64,000 nt of DNA from Dehalococcoidia bacterium (GTDB lineage Bacteria; Chloroflexota; Dehalococcoidia; Lucifugimonadales; UBA2962): positions 1,437,528 through 1,501,527 of the forward strand of contig OZ252295.1 in assembly GCA_965250195.1 (NCBI GenBank), given 5' to 3'. Position numbers and translations under genes: made by a program. Positions 20,187 to 32,223 of this stretch are shown here, one piece after another. The notes beneath the pieces are model-generated. The model was not told the origin of the DNA. It ran no database searches and saw only the letters and a program-made list of their open reading frames with translations. Every line of letters begins with the position of its first letter. The stretch's first letter is position 1.

Positions 20187-21457
20187 CCGTCGGCCTTCTC
20201 TTTCGGGGTCACGGTCAGTTCGACGCGGCGGTCACCGAGGAACCGTGATGCCGCAGCGGAGACCTGTTCCGCCGTAACCGCCTTGTAGCGGTCGGGGTAC
20301 GTCGAAACGAGACCGGGGTCGCCGGCCAGTACGCTGAAGTAGTTGAGCTGGTCGGCCCTGCCGCCGAAGCCGCCGGTGCGCTCGAGGGTGCGCACGAAGT
20401 GAGTCTCTATCTGGTTGCCCGCCCGCTCCATTTCGGCCTCAGTGGGCGGCGTCTTTTTGATGGCCGCGAGCTCCTGCTCGACGATCTCAGACACACGATC
20501 GGTCTCTTGGTCGCGAGAGGTGGTTACCTGGACGAAGAACTCGCCGGAGATCTCCTGGCTATAGGCGAACGCGGCCACGTCTCGGGCCATCTCGGTGTCG
20601 TGCACCAACCGCCGATGAAGGCGGGAGCCCTTGCCGTCGGCGAGAACGGTCGCCAGCACATCGAGCGCGGGCTCCCACTCGTCGAAGGCGGGCGGGGCAA
20701 GCCAAACGGCGTAGCGCCGCTCCAGCTGGACGTCGTCCTCCATGGTCAGGACTTTAGTGCTGGAGAGGCTGGACTCGATCGGCTTCATCTTCGCTATCGG
20801 CGCGGCCGGGGTGAGTTCGCCGAAATACTTTTCTACCAGGTTCAACGCCTGATCGGGTTCGATGTCTCCCGCGATTGCGATCGACGCGTTGGAGGGGGAG
20901 TAGAAGGTGCGGGAAAAGCCCTTTATGTCCTCAAGTTCGGCCGAGTCCAGGTCCTGCTGAGAGCCGATTGTGGGCCAGTTGTACGGGTGCGGGAGAGGGA
21001 AGACCTCGGGCTGGAGCAGCAGGTACGCCATGCCGTACGGCCTGTTTTCGTAGCTCTGGCGCCGCTCGTTTTTGACCACGTCGCGCTGCACGTCGAAGCG
21101 CTGCTGGTCCAGTGCGTCGAGCAGGAAGCCCATGCGGTCCGACTCCAGCCAGAGGGCAAGTTCGAGATAGTTCGACGGGACGTTCTCCCAGTAGTTGGTT
21201 CGGTCCGGGTTAGTCGAGCCGTTGAGATTGGCGCCGATTTTTTGCAACGGCTCGAAATAGGAGCGGTTGTGGTGCTTTGAGCCCTCGAACATGACGTGCT
21301 CAAAAAGGTGGGCGAAGCCGGTTCTTCCAGGCTTCTCGTTCTTGCTGCCCACGTGATACCAGATGTTGATCGCCACGACCGGCAGTGAGCGGTCCTGGTG
21401 CAGGATCAATTCGAGGCCGTTGGACAGGACGTGTTTTTCGTAAGGTACGGAGATCAT
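20183..21457 (-). CDS. M16 family zinc peptidase, catalytic subunit
   Basis: YHVGSKNE..GRTGFAHLFEHVMF (HxxEH), NGST, LESDRM, VVKNERR. Confidence 0.93.
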   Translation of the reverse strand: MISVPYEKHVLSNGLELILHQDRSLPVVAINIWYHVGSKNEKPGRTGFAHLFEHVMFEGSKHHNRSYFEPLQKIGANLNGSTNPDRTNYWENVPSNYLELALWLESDRMGFLLDALDQQRFDVQRDVVKNERRQSYENRPYGMAYLLLQPEVFPLPHPYNWPTIGSQQDLDSAELEDIKGFSRTFYSPSNASIAIAGDIEPDQALNLVEKYFGELTPAAPIAKMKPIESSLSSTKVLTMEDDVQLERRYAVWLAPPAFDEWEPALDVLATVLADGKGSRLHRRLVHDTEMARDVAAFAYSQEISGEFFVQVTTSRDQETDRVSEIVEQELAAIKKTPPTEAEMERAGNQIETHFVRTLERTGGFGGRADQLNYFSVLAGDPGLVSTYPDRYKAVTAEQVSAAASRFLGDRRVELTVTPKEKADG

Positions 21458-21489
21458 CGGTGGGGCGGAATTGTAGCAGGGGAAACCTT

Positions 21490-21518
21490 TTGCCTGACCA
21501 TGACGTTTAATGTACTAT
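21490..21518 (+). promoter_or_regulatory. Sigma70-type promoter for ftsH
   Basis: TTGCCT-17 nt-TACTAT. Confidence 0.55.
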
Positions 21519-21620
21519 GACACGTAGATTCCCCAACGCGTTTCGGGGTTTTTTGACGGTTGGCCGGCTCTCCTCTCCCTCCTCCTTGCCGGCTCTGAGA
21601 GGTTTAACGAGTCCGGTCTG

Positions 21621-23546
<1,926 letters not shown>

Positions 23547-23562
23547 GGGCCGAGCGGGGCCG

Positions 23563-24663
23563 TTAGCCCCGCAGCTTACTCCGCCCTAGCTTCATCAGGG
23601 TCGCCGCCAGGGCGGTGAACACCCCGTCGATGTCCTCGTCGCTGACCAGCCCGAGATGGCCGATGCGGAAGATTTTGCCGCTCAGGGACTGCTGACCCCC
23701 GGCGAGCACCACGTCGTGCTCCTTACGCATTATCCGAAGCATCTGAGCCCCGTCGATGCCGTCCGGCATTCTCACGGCGGTAATCGTGTCCGACGCACAG
23801 CTCGGGTCGGGTAGCAGACTCAGGCCCAGCGCGGCAACGCCGTTGCGTACCCGATCTGCGGCTCTTGCATGCCGCGCATAGACGTTGGGCAGCCCTTCGT
23901 AAAGCATCATGCCCAGTGCATGGTCAAGGGCGAAGGTGACCGAGACCGCCGGGGTCCACGGCGGCTGACCCACTTCCAGGTATCGCTTGTACTCGGACAT
24001 GTCGAAGTAGAACCTGGGCATACGGGCGCTTGCGTGGGCCCTCCATGCGTCGCTGCTGAAGCTGAGGAAGGCCATGCCGGGCGGCACCATCCAGCCCTTC
24101 TGCGAGGCCGAGGCGACGGCGTCGCAGCCCCACTCGTCGGTCAGCACCGGCACCGATCCTACGCTGGAGACCCCGTCCACCAGCAACAGCTTGCCAAATT
24201 CGCCCTTTACCACCGAGCCGATGGCGGCCAGGTCATTGACGACTCCGGTAGAGGTTTCGTTGTGCGTGACCAATACAGCCACGATGGACGGGTCGGCCGC
24301 GAGGGCGTCCCTGATGGCGTCGGGGTCGGCTGCCTGGCCCAGTTCGGACCGCAGCACCGTGACGTCGGCGCCGAACACCTCGGCGATGTGGGCGAAACGG
24401 TCACCGAACGCGCCCACGGTCACGGCCAGCACCCGATCACCCGACGACAGCGTATTTACGACTGCCGCCTCCATTGCCCCGCTGCCCGAGCCCGTGATTA
24501 CGTACATGTCGCCGTCTGTGGCGTAAACCTGCTTCAGGCGATCAGTGACCCGGAGCAGAATCTCCTTGAACTCGGGGCCGCGATGGTTGATCATCGGCCG
24601 CCCCATCTCCTCCAGAACCTCCTCTGGAACGGGTATGGGGCCCGGAATGCGCAGGTTAGTCAA
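23563..24663 (-). CDS. Class V aminotransferase (alanine/serine-glyoxylate type)
   Basis: LRIPGP, GSGSGAMEAA, HNETSTG, DGVSS, SQKG, FRIGHLG. Confidence 0.9.
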   Translation of the reverse strand: MTNLRIPGPIPVPEEVLEEMGRPMINHRGPEFKEILLRVTDRLKQVYATDGDMYVITGSGSGAMEAAVVNTLSSGDRVLAVTVGAFGDRFAHIAEVFGADVTVLRSELGQAADPDAIRDALAADPSIVAVLVTHNETSTGVVNDLAAIGSVVKGEFGKLLLVDGVSSVGSVPVLTDEWGCDAVASASQKGWMVPPGMAFLSFSSDAWRAHASARMPRFYFDMSEYKRYLEVGQPPWTPAVSVTFALDHALGMMLYEGLPNVYARHARAADRVRNGVAALGLSLLPDPSCASDTITAVRMPDGIDGAQMLRIMRKEHDVVLAGGQQSLSGKIFRIGHLGLVSDEDIDGVFTALAATLMKLGRSKLRG

Positions 24664-24675
24664 TCGGCTGGTCTC

Positions 24676-25881
24676 CTATGGTTCGACTAGTCGAACAAAC
24701 CCTCGCTTGCCGACTCTCAAAGTTCCTGACGAGAACGTGATTACAGAGACGTTCGTGGTGATGGTGTTTCCGTCAAGGCTTACGGCGCCCTGGTCGATAA
24801 GTCGTTTGGCCTCGCCAGCTGTGCCCGAAAGGCCCACGTTCACCATCAGTCCGCTCAGCTTCTGACGTTCACGGTCTTGCCGGGGCGGAAGGACGTGAAC
24901 ATCGATATCCTCGGGTGTCTCCCCCGCCTGCACCGTGCGCTCGAAGTTCGCCTGCGCTTGGTCTGCTGCCGCCTCATCGTGGAACGTGGCGACGAGTGTT
25001 CGGGCCAGTCGTTTTTTCAGGTCCATCGGGTTCGCGACCCGGTCGGCGACTGAACGAAAAATCTCAGCCAGCTCGGCGTCAGGCACGTCGGTCAGCAATT
25101 CGTAGTAGATGCCGATCATGTTGTCGGGCAGAGACATCGCCTTGCCGTACATTTCGGCCGGGGGCTCGTCGACGCCTATGTAGTTGTCCAGGCTCTTGCT
25201 CATTTTGCGCACGCCGTCGGTGCCCGGCAGTATCGGCACCAGCAAGCACTGCTGCGGTGCCTGGCCCATCATGCCCTGCAGGTCGCGTCCTACTAGCAGG
25301 TTGAATTTCTGGTCCGTTCCGCCGAACTCCACGTCGGCCTCGACCATGACCGAGTCGTAAGCCTGCAACAGGGGATAGAGAAATTCCGTTATGGCGATGG
25401 GCTTTTGGTTTTTGAAGCGCTCGGAAAAGTCCTCACGGGCCAAAAACTGGGCGACAGTGAACTTGCTGGTGAGGCCGACCACGTCGGTGAGGGTGAAGTC
25501 GTTGAACCACTCGCTCTGCCGTCGGATCTCGGTGCGGGCCCGGTCGACCACCTTGAAGAACTGCGTCAGGTAGGTTTCGGCGTTGGCGTTAACCGCTTCG
25601 AGCGTGAGCATCGGGCGGGTCGCCGACTGGCCGCTGGGGTCGCCGATGCGGGCCGTCCAATCGGCCACGATCAGTACCACCGTATGGCCCATGTCTTGAA
25701 ACTGCCGCAGCTTTCGTAGCCCGACGACGTGACCAAGATGAATGTCGGGAGCCGTGGGGTCGAAGCCCATTTTCAGGCGAAGCGGGGCGCCCTTCTCCAG
25801 CGCCGCACGCAGTTGTTCCTTGCCGATCACCTCATCGACCCCGCGGTCGAGCGCCGAGTCGATGTTTGATTTGCCTGTCAT
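24676..25881 (-). CDS. tyrS: Tyrosine-tRNA ligase
   Basis: GFDPTAPDIHLGH, GGTDQKFN, KMSKS, C-terminal S4 domain. Confidence 0.97.
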   Translation of the reverse strand: MTGKSNIDSALDRGVDEVIGKEQLRAALEKGAPLRLKMGFDPTAPDIHLGHVVGLRKLRQFQDMGHTVVLIVADWTARIGDPSGQSATRPMLTLEAVNANAETYLTQFFKVVDRARTEIRRQSEWFNDFTLTDVVGLTSKFTVAQFLAREDFSERFKNQKPIAITEFLYPLLQAYDSVMVEADVEFGGTDQKFNLLVGRDLQGMMGQAPQQCLLVPILPGTDGVRKMSKSLDNYIGVDEPPAEMYGKAMSLPDNMIGIYYELLTDVPDAELAEIFRSVADRVANPMDLKKRLARTLVATFHDEAAADQAQANFERTVQAGETPEDIDVHVLPPRQDRERQKLSGLMVNVGLSGTAGEAKRLIDQGAVSLDGNTITTNVSVITFSSGTLRVGKRGFVRLVEP

Positions 25882-25891
25882 TGAGATTCCC

Positions 25892-26899
25892 TCACGCTTC
25901 GGTCTCGAGTATGGCACGAGTGGCCGAGACGTCGCTGTCGACCTGACGCTGCAAGGCCTCGACGGAGTCGAATCGCTCCTCGTCCCTGAGCCGCCGCACG
26001 AACTCCAGCGTTAGCTCCGCCCCGTAAAGGTCGCCGTCGTAGTCGAGCACGAACGCCTCTATCGTGCGTGCGGTCTCACGGAACGTCGGGTTTACGCCAA
26101 TGCTGGTGGCGCAAGCCAGGCGTCTGGTCTCTTCATTCTCTTCGCCGGTGGGGAGGTGCGCCCAGACGGCGTATATGCCGTCGCCCGGCACGGCCAGGCC
26201 CTTGGGTGTCTGGAGATTCGCTGTGGGGAAGCCCAACGGCCTGCCCCTGCCGACGCCCCGCACGACGGTTCCGGTGAGGGTGAAGTTGCGCCCTAGAAGC
26301 TCCGCGGCTCCAGAAACATCGCCGTCCGAGAGTGCTTTGCGAACGGCGGTGCTGCCGACCCGGACCCCGTCATCGTCCAGGGGCGAGACCACCTCAACTT
26401 CGAACCCGGCCTCATTGCCCATCTCTCTGAGGAAGTCGATGTTGCCCTCGCGGCCCCGGCCGAGCGCGAAGTCGGGCCCGACCACTAGGGCCTTCATCTC
26501 CAACCGCTCGCACAACAGCTTTACGAAATCCCTGGCAGGCAACGTCGCCAACTCGGCGTCGAATTCCACCGCTACTATCGATTCCACGCCGGTGTCTTTG
26601 AGCATCTCAATGCGGCTCCGGACCGTGCACAGGTACATGGGCTCGAAGTCGGGTCGCAGCACCGATAAGGGATGGTTGCGGAAGGTCACGACCACCGACC
26701 GTAGACCCTCAAGTTCTGCACGGTTCAAAAGGGCTTTTGCCAGGTGCACGTGCCCGCGATGGACGCCGTCGAATACCCCGACGGTGACGGCGGAGCCACG
26801 CTTCTCGGCCAACTGGTTCGGCGACAGGTTTAGCCCGCTAAAGGCCGGCTCTCCGCTTCGCCCTACGTGATCTTCGGCCAAGGCCTCATCGCCTCGCAA
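25892..26899 (-). CDS. ribF: Bifunctional riboflavin kinase/FAD synthetase
   Basis: GVFDGVHRGH, GRGRPLGFPTAN, GVNPTF, LRDEERF; start uncertain. Confidence 0.95.
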   Translation of the reverse strand: MRGDEALAEDHVGRSGEPAFSGLNLSPNQLAEKRGSAVTVGVFDGVHRGHVHLAKALLNRAELEGLRSVVVTFRNHPLSVLRPDFEPMYLCTVRSRIEMLKDTGVESIVAVEFDAELATLPARDFVKLLCERLEMKALVVGPDFALGRGREGNIDFLREMGNEAGFEVEVVSPLDDDGVRVGSTAVRKALSDGDVSGAAELLGRNFTLTGTVVRGVGRGRPLGFPTANLQTPKGLAVPGDGIYAVWAHLPTGEENEETRRLACATSIGVNPTFRETARTIEAFVLDYDGDLYGAELTLEFVRRLRDEERFDSVEALQRQVDSDVSATRAILETEA

Positions 26900-26923
26900 T
26901 TGGTCACTTCGCCACTATGTCAA

Positions 26924-27952
26924 TCAGTTGGCTGTCGCGAGGGGTGTGACCACTGCCCTGATCGCCTCGGTTCGCTCCATCAGGGCCGAGAAGTTCTCGA
27001 ACGTGAGCGACTGGGCGCCATCGGACATCGCGATGTCGGGGTTGGGGTGTACCTCGATGATGAGGCCGTCCGCCCCCGCCGCCACGGACGCGTAAGCCAC
27101 CGGGCTGACGAGATACCACTTGCCGGTCGCGTGACTGGGGTCGGCGACTATGGGCAGGTGGCTGAGCCTCTTGATTACGGGCATGGCGTTGATATCCATC
27201 GTGTTGCGGGTGAAGGTTTCAAAAGTGCGCACGCCACGTTCACAAAGGATGACGTCTTCGTTGCCGCCGGCCATTACGTACTCGGCGGCGAGCAGCCAGT
27301 CTTCGTATGTCGCCGAGAAGCCACGCTTGACCATCACCGGCTTGGATGTCTTGCCCACCTGGTCAAGCAGCGCGAAGTTCTGCATGTTTCGCGCACCGAC
27401 CTGTATGACGTCGGAGTAGAGCTCGACCAGTTCCACGTCGTGCTCGGACATGACCTCGGTGATGATGGGCATGCCGGTCTCGGCCCGGGCGGTGGCCATC
27501 AGCTTGAGCCCGTCCTCGCCCATTCCCCGGAAGCTGTAGGGAGACGTTCGAGGCTTGAAGGCGCCGCCCCGGAGCACCTTCGCCCCGGCCGCTTTGACGG
27601 CTTTTGCGGTGGATACCACCTGCTCTTCGTCCTCAATGGCACAGGGCCCGGCGAAGACGCAGAACTCGCCTCCGCCGATCTTTACCCCGGCCTCGCCGAT
27701 GCTGACGACCGTATCAGCCGGGTGAAACTCGCGAGCAGAAAGCTTGTACGGCTTGGATATTCGGAGAACTTCGCTCACGCCGTCCATTACCTCGAGTTCG
27801 TTCTGAAGCTCCGGGCCTATCGACCCGACCACTCCGATTACCTGGCGCTCGACGCCCTCGGACATGTGTGCCCTGAGGCCGCGGTCCGTCAGGTGCGTTT
27901 GGACCGCCTCGATCTGGCTCTGAGGGCTACCCGGGGTCATTACGACTATCAA
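26924..27952 (-). CDS. aroF: DAHP synthase class I-beta with N-terminal regulatory domain
   Basis: AGPCAIE, GGAFKPRTSPYSF, QVGARNMQN, LCERG, DPSHATG. Confidence 0.95.
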   Translation of the reverse strand: MIVVMTPGSPQSQIEAVQTHLTDRGLRAHMSEGVERQVIGVVGSIGPELQNELEVMDGVSEVLRISKPYKLSAREFHPADTVVSIGEAGVKIGGGEFCVFAGPCAIEDEEQVVSTAKAVKAAGAKVLRGGAFKPRTSPYSFRGMGEDGLKLMATARAETGMPIITEVMSEHDVELVELYSDVIQVGARNMQNFALLDQVGKTSKPVMVKRGFSATYEDWLLAAEYVMAGGNEDVILCERGVRTFETFTRNTMDINAMPVIKRLSHLPIVADPSHATGKWYLVSPVAYASVAAGADGLIIEVHPNPDIAMSDGAQSLTFENFSALMERTEAIRAVVTPLATAN

Positions 27953-28335
27953 TTCGTGGTCCTCCCATCGTTGTCAGTGTCCCGTTTGCGCATGTTTACG
28001 GCGCCCTTGAGGTACACGTTATGAAGCTCTTTCGCTGGTTTTTCGGTGTTGATCAGAATCATCACCCGGATGGCCCTCGGCTGGCCGTCGGGTACCGCCA
28101 TGTCCTGAGCGCACATGAGCGCCACGTCGGTCCAGCCGAGCCGACGCCTGGCCGCCATGGCCGGGAACTCGGCGTTCAGGTCGGACGTGGCGGTGAACGT
28201 CGCAGCGGCGATGTCGTCGGTTTCGAAGTCGTTTCGGGCGACTATCTCGGCCAGCAGTTCCGCAGTGGCGTCGATTATGTCGGCCTGAGTATTGGAGTCG
28301 GCGGTGGTCGCGCCCCGGATGCCTCTAACTTTCAA
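27949..28335 (-). CDS. aroH: AroH-type chorismate mutase
   Basis: VRGIRGATT, FTATSDLNAEFPA.AAR, ALMCAQDM, IRV; TTG start overlapping the trpA stop. Confidence 0.92.
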   Translation of the reverse strand: MKVRGIRGATTADSNTQADIIDATAELLAEIVARNDFETDDIAAATFTATSDLNAEFPAMAARRRLGWTDVALMCAQDMAVPDGQPRAIRVMILINTEKPAKELHNVYLKGAVNMRKRDTDNDGRTTN

Positions 28336-29141
28336 GACGTCGCTACCCCTGGCGCGCCCCGCAGGCCACGGACGAACTCGCCAGCGACGCGGCACGGGTC
28401 GCTGACCGGCGCCCTGTCAATCGCGTCAAGCATGGCGCTGGCGAAAACCGCCCCGTCGGCGAATGTGGAGATGTCCGTAACGTGCTCTTTCGTTGACACC
28501 CCGAAGCCCACCAGTACGGGCAGGTCGGAGTGTGCTTTGATACGCTCGACCAGCGTCTTGACTCCCAAGGCCATTTGCCCGCGAGCGCCTGTAACACCGG
28601 CCAAACTAACACAGTATATGAAGCCCCCGGCACCTTCGCAAGCGGTCGCGATGCGCTCTTCGGTGCTGGTGGGAGCCAGCAGCGGGATGAGGTGAATGCC
28701 GGCATCGGTACACAGGGTTCGCAGGGGACCGGACTCCTCCGGGGGCAGGTCGGGGACGATCAGGCCGTCGGCTCCGGCATCGGCTGCGTCATGCACGAAG
28801 CCTTCCAGGCCGTAGTGCAGGAAGGGGTTCATGTAGCCCATCAGGACGATGGGGGCTTCCACTCCGGATTTTCGTAATTTGGCAACCGACTCCAGGCATT
28901 TGCGCACCGTTACGCCGTTCGCCAGCGCCTTCGAACTGGTCCTTTGAATGGTGGGTCCGTCCGCCAGCGGGTCGCTGAACGGCACACCCAGCTCCAGCAT
29001 GTCGCCGCCGGCCTCGAGCGCGGCCCGCGCTACGTCTACAGACACGTCCAGATCGGGGTATCCGATGGTGACGAACGGAGCAAGCGCGGTGGTGCCGGAA
29101 GCCCTCAGCGCTGAGAGCGTGCTGTCGATACGATTTTCCAT
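28332..29141 (-). CDS. trpA: Tryptophan synthase alpha subunit
   Basis: LELGVPFSDPLADGPTIQ, LMGY.NP, PDLPPEE, GVTG, VGFGV; the ORF-track extension to 29816 overlaps another gene. Confidence 0.96.
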   Translation of the reverse strand: MENRIDSTLSALRASGTTALAPFVTIGYPDLDVSVDVARAALEAGGDMLELGVPFSDPLADGPTIQRTSSKALANGVTVRKCLESVAKLRKSGVEAPIVLMGYMNPFLHYGLEGFVHDAADAGADGLIVPDLPPEESGPLRTLCTDAGIHLIPLLAPTSTEERIATACEGAGGFIYCVSLAGVTGARGQMALGVKTLVERIKAHSDLPVLVGFGVSTKEHVTDISTFADGAVFASAMLDAIDRAPVSDPCRVAGEFVRGLRGAPGVATS

Positions 29142-29155
29142 CCCATCGATTCTAC

Positions 29156-29836
29156 TCAGACAGAGACGCTGAGGGCCAGCAGGTTCTGGGCGGTGTGGGC
29201 GGCGAGAGGGGGCCAAAGAGAGCCCGTTTTCTCGTAGACCCAGGCCAGCGCGAGCCCGGTTACGAATATTGGAATCAGCACTCCCAGGTCGGCATGTAGC
29301 ACGGCGAATACGGCGGCGCTGAGGGCGATTGCGCCGTACGGAGTGAACCGGTTCCTCAGCGCTCCGTAGATGAAGCCCCGGAAGAAGATCTCTTCGGCAA
29401 ACGGCCCCACAAAGCCGAGTACGAGCACAGTTCCCAACAGGCCGAGACCCTCCCCGAGAAAGACCTCCGGCACTTCGGGCGGCTCCAGCACCTCGACGTC
29501 GGCCGCGCTCACGACCGCGCCGTATATCCCGGTGAATATCAGGCTGGCGATGAGCGCCAACGCCGCGAGCCCGTAAGCTCGCCAACCGGAGGCGGGCACC
29601 AGGCCGAATGCCGCCCATCCCACGCGGTATTTGAGGGCTCCGAACACCCATGCACCGGCCACCATGAGGCCGGAGAGGATGGCGGCCACGACCAGCGTGT
29701 CCCGAGTGGTGGGGTCGCCCTCGCGGGACGCGTAGGCCGCCCCCAATATGACTACTGATACGACCAGGCCCGCCACAACAGCCGCGGTGGCCAGCCCGAC
29801 GTCGCGCAGGTTCCACGGGACATGGCCGACTATCAC
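29156..29836 (-). CDS. CPBP (CAAX protease/Abi) family intramembrane metalloprotease
   Basis: EEIFFRG, FAVLH, AHTAQN motifs in a multi-TM protein. Confidence 0.9.
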   Translation of the reverse strand: MIVGHVPWNLRDVGLATAAVVAGLVVSVVILGAAYASREGDPTTRDTLVVAAILSGLMVAGAWVFGALKYRVGWAAFGLVPASGWRAYGLAALALIASLIFTGIYGAVVSAADVEVLEPPEVPEVFLGEGLGLLGTVLVLGFVGPFAEEIFFRGFIYGALRNRFTPYGAIALSAAVFAVLHADLGVLIPIFVTGLALAWVYEKTGSLWPPLAAHTAQNLLALSVSV

Positions 29837-29858
29837 ATCAACGCTGCTAAGAGGGTCC

Positions 29859-31145
29859 TCACGCGAAGCGGTCGGGAGCTACCGGGGTCACGTCCAGCTC
29901 CGGCTCGGTACCGGCTGCGATCTGGGACACCAACCGGCCGGTGATGGGGCCGAGCGTCATGCCGATCTGGGCGTGACCCGTAGCGACGATCAAGTTTTGC
30001 AAAGAGAGGGGCCGCCCGATTATGGGGAGGCCGTCCGGCGTGCAGGGCCGCATGCCGCACCATGCCGTCCCTGGATCGATCTCCATCTCATCGAGCCCGG
30101 TCACGTAGCGACGAATGCCGGACACCATCGCCCGAACGCGACGTCGATCGACATCGGTGTTCAGACCCGAAAGCTCCAGCGTGCCCGCCAGGCGAATGTC
30201 GGGTCCCATGGGGGCCAGAGTCGTCCTCGCCTCGTACGCCATTATCGGCATCGAAACTGTTTTGGTCCCGGCACCCCCGTTCCCGGGATTGGGAGTTATG
30301 GTGATGCTGTAGCCCTTGGCCGGCTGTACGGGAATGCGCAACCCTATCTGCTTGCCCAGCCTGGCCGACCACGACCCCGCCGCTAGGACCACCTCCTGTG
30401 GCCGATAGCGGGTGTCTCCAGCTACCACCTCGGTCACTTTTTGACCGCTGGTTGAAATGTCTTGAACCTCTCGCCCCGACTCGATCTCGCCTCCCAATGA
30501 CACTACCGTTTTGGCAAGGCCATTGACGAAGCTGGCCGGCTCGAAATTGGAGTCCGTTTCGTACAGCACGCCGCCTTTGATGTCGGGCCTCACGGTGGGC
30601 TCGATATCGAGCACCTCGTCCGGGCTTAACGGGCGAGCCGCAATCCCGTGGCGCTTCAATATGTCGATCTCACTCATGGCCTCCTTGAGGCCGCCCCTGG
30701 TCGCGTAGACGCTGAGCACTCCACGTTCGACGTAGTGGCATTCGATGCCCTCTTGCGGGATGAGTTCTCTGTACGCTCGGGCGCTCGCCAGCGAGAGGCC
30801 GGTGAGTATGGGCACGGAACGCTCCATTGGCCCCCGGCGGGCAGCGAGCTGGAAGCGCCAGAGCCAGGAGGCCAGGTCACGACTCAGTCGAGGCTTCACG
30901 AAAAACGGGCTTCCGGGGTCAATAAGCCAGCGCAGGCCCTTTGAAATGACGCCCGGCGCCGGTAGTGGAATCGAGTGGCTCGGTACGATCAGGCCGGAGT
31001 TGCCGAACGAGCTTCCGGCGGCCACGCCCTCCCGGTCCACAATCGTGACCTCGCGCCCGCCCTTGAGGAGGTAATACGCCGCGCAGACGCCGATCACTCC
31101 GGCGCCAATTATCAGGACGTCTACGTCTTTTAACTTTTCAGCCAC
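29859..31145 (-). CDS. FAD-dependent D-amino acid dehydrogenase family protein
   Basis: IIGAGVIG, SFGNSG, PAKGYS, WCGMRPCTPDGLPIIG, ATGH...GMTLGP. Confidence 0.88.
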   Translation of the reverse strand: MAEKLKDVDVLIIGAGVIGVCAAYYLLKGGREVTIVDREGVAAGSSFGNSGLIVPSHSIPLPAPGVISKGLRWLIDPGSPFFVKPRLSRDLASWLWRFQLAARRGPMERSVPILTGLSLASARAYRELIPQEGIECHYVERGVLSVYATRGGLKEAMSEIDILKRHGIAARPLSPDEVLDIEPTVRPDIKGGVLYETDSNFEPASFVNGLAKTVVSLGGEIESGREVQDISTSGQKVTEVVAGDTRYRPQEVVLAAGSWSARLGKQIGLRIPVQPAKGYSITITPNPGNGGAGTKTVSMPIMAYEARTTLAPMGPDIRLAGTLELSGLNTDVDRRRVRAMVSGIRRYVTGLDEMEIDPGTAWCGMRPCTPDGLPIIGRPLSLQNLIVATGHAQIGMTLGPITGRLVSQIAAGTEPELDVTPVAPDRFA

Positions 31146-31795
31146 GTTACGTCTCCATGCAGGTCACCGGGGTGTGGCTTTGCCGCAAATGTCCCGTACT
31201 CATCCATCGCATCTTGCAGCAGCCCGTCCGCGCCGTGTCCCGGATAAAAAGTGCTTGTCGCGTCGAGGACGAAAAGCCTGGTCTTGATGCTGTCCAGTAG
31301 CTGCCTGAAGGCATCGGGCGAGCCGGACTTGCCGGGGCCTCCGGGGAAGAGAGTGTCACCGGTGAACAGGTGTCGTCCCACCGAGAAACAGGTGGAGCCG
31401 GGCGTATGCCCCGGCGTGGCGATGGCGGTCAGGCTGATAGTCCCGGCCGTGAACACGTCGCCGTCGCGCACGACTATCGGGGCCGGGGACGGCACGTCCC
31501 CGAGGTCGCCCTCTCCGATGCCCGCGTTCGCGCCCAGTTCGGGGACGACAGCTTCGTACCCCATCAGGTGGTCGAAGTGGCCGTGTGTAATGAGGACGGC
31601 CTGGACTTCGGTGCGTTTTGCCGCCTCAATCAAATCGTCGGCACCACCGGGAGTGTCGATGACGATGCTCCGGTTGGTCTGTGGGCAGACGAGCAGGTAG
31701 GCGTTGTTGTCGTATGGACCGCTGGGGAACTTGTAGAGTGTCAGGTCCGCGCCGGAGTAGTGCGGTTGCGGTGCATTCCCCGTATCAGTGTCCAA
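31130..31795 (-). CDS. Metallo-beta-lactamase fold hydrolase
   Basis: THGHFDH, TPGHTPG, FTGDTLF, PGHG. Confidence 0.92.
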   Translation of the reverse strand: MDTDTGNAPQPHYSGADLTLYKFPSGPYDNNAYLLVCPQTNRSIVIDTPGGADDLIEAAKRTEVQAVLITHGHFDHLMGYEAVVPELGANAGIGEGDLGDVPSPAPIVVRDGDVFTAGTISLTAIATPGHTPGSTCFSVGRHLFTGDTLFPGGPGKSGSPDAFRQLLDSIKTRLFVLDATSTFYPGHGADGLLQDAMDEYGTFAAKPHPGDLHGDVTWLKS

Positions 31796-31944
31796 TAGCG
31801 CCTCCTCTGTTGTGCCGTCGCCCTGGCCGACTACGGGCCATCTTAATGGATACTACGGTCGGCTACGTTGATATAATCTGGCCGCCGTCCCAGATGGTGA
31901 TTTGGCCGGTGATTAGGAGTTGATTCGGAGTGGACGGGGGTTCG

Positions 31945-32223
31945 ATGAGCCAGTTTGGACTGACGGTCAAGAGCGATTCCGGTGGGCACCGGATCGAGGT
32001 AGAGTGCAAGCATCAGAACGGCCTGCTTTATGTGGTGCCCTCGGAGGCGAGCTGGGTGTGCACGGACGAGCTGCGGCACGCTCATTCGCTGGCCGGTTTC
32101 TTCAAAGAGCTAACGGAGTTGGATGAGCCCCGGGTCGGGGAAGCCATGCAGCGCTGGGGGATCTACTTCCGGCCCAGGCCCCTGGCCCCCGAGCTGGGAG
32201 ATTCAGACGACTCTGACGGCTGA
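31945..32223 (+). CDS. Hypothetical protein
   Basis: Fills the gap between neighbouring genes; TATAAT upstream near 31873; G-rich RBS. Confidence 0.6.
   Translation: MSQFGLTVKSDSGGHRIEVECKHQNGLLYVVPSEASWVCTDELRHAHSLAGFFKELTELDEPRVGEAMQRWGIYFRPRPLAPELGDSDDSDG

Noticed and set aside
29142-29816. Long N-terminal extension of trpA in the ORF track (494 aa)
   Set aside because: It is a shadow frame overlapping the CPBP gene; trpA homology and a -10 element support a start at 29141.
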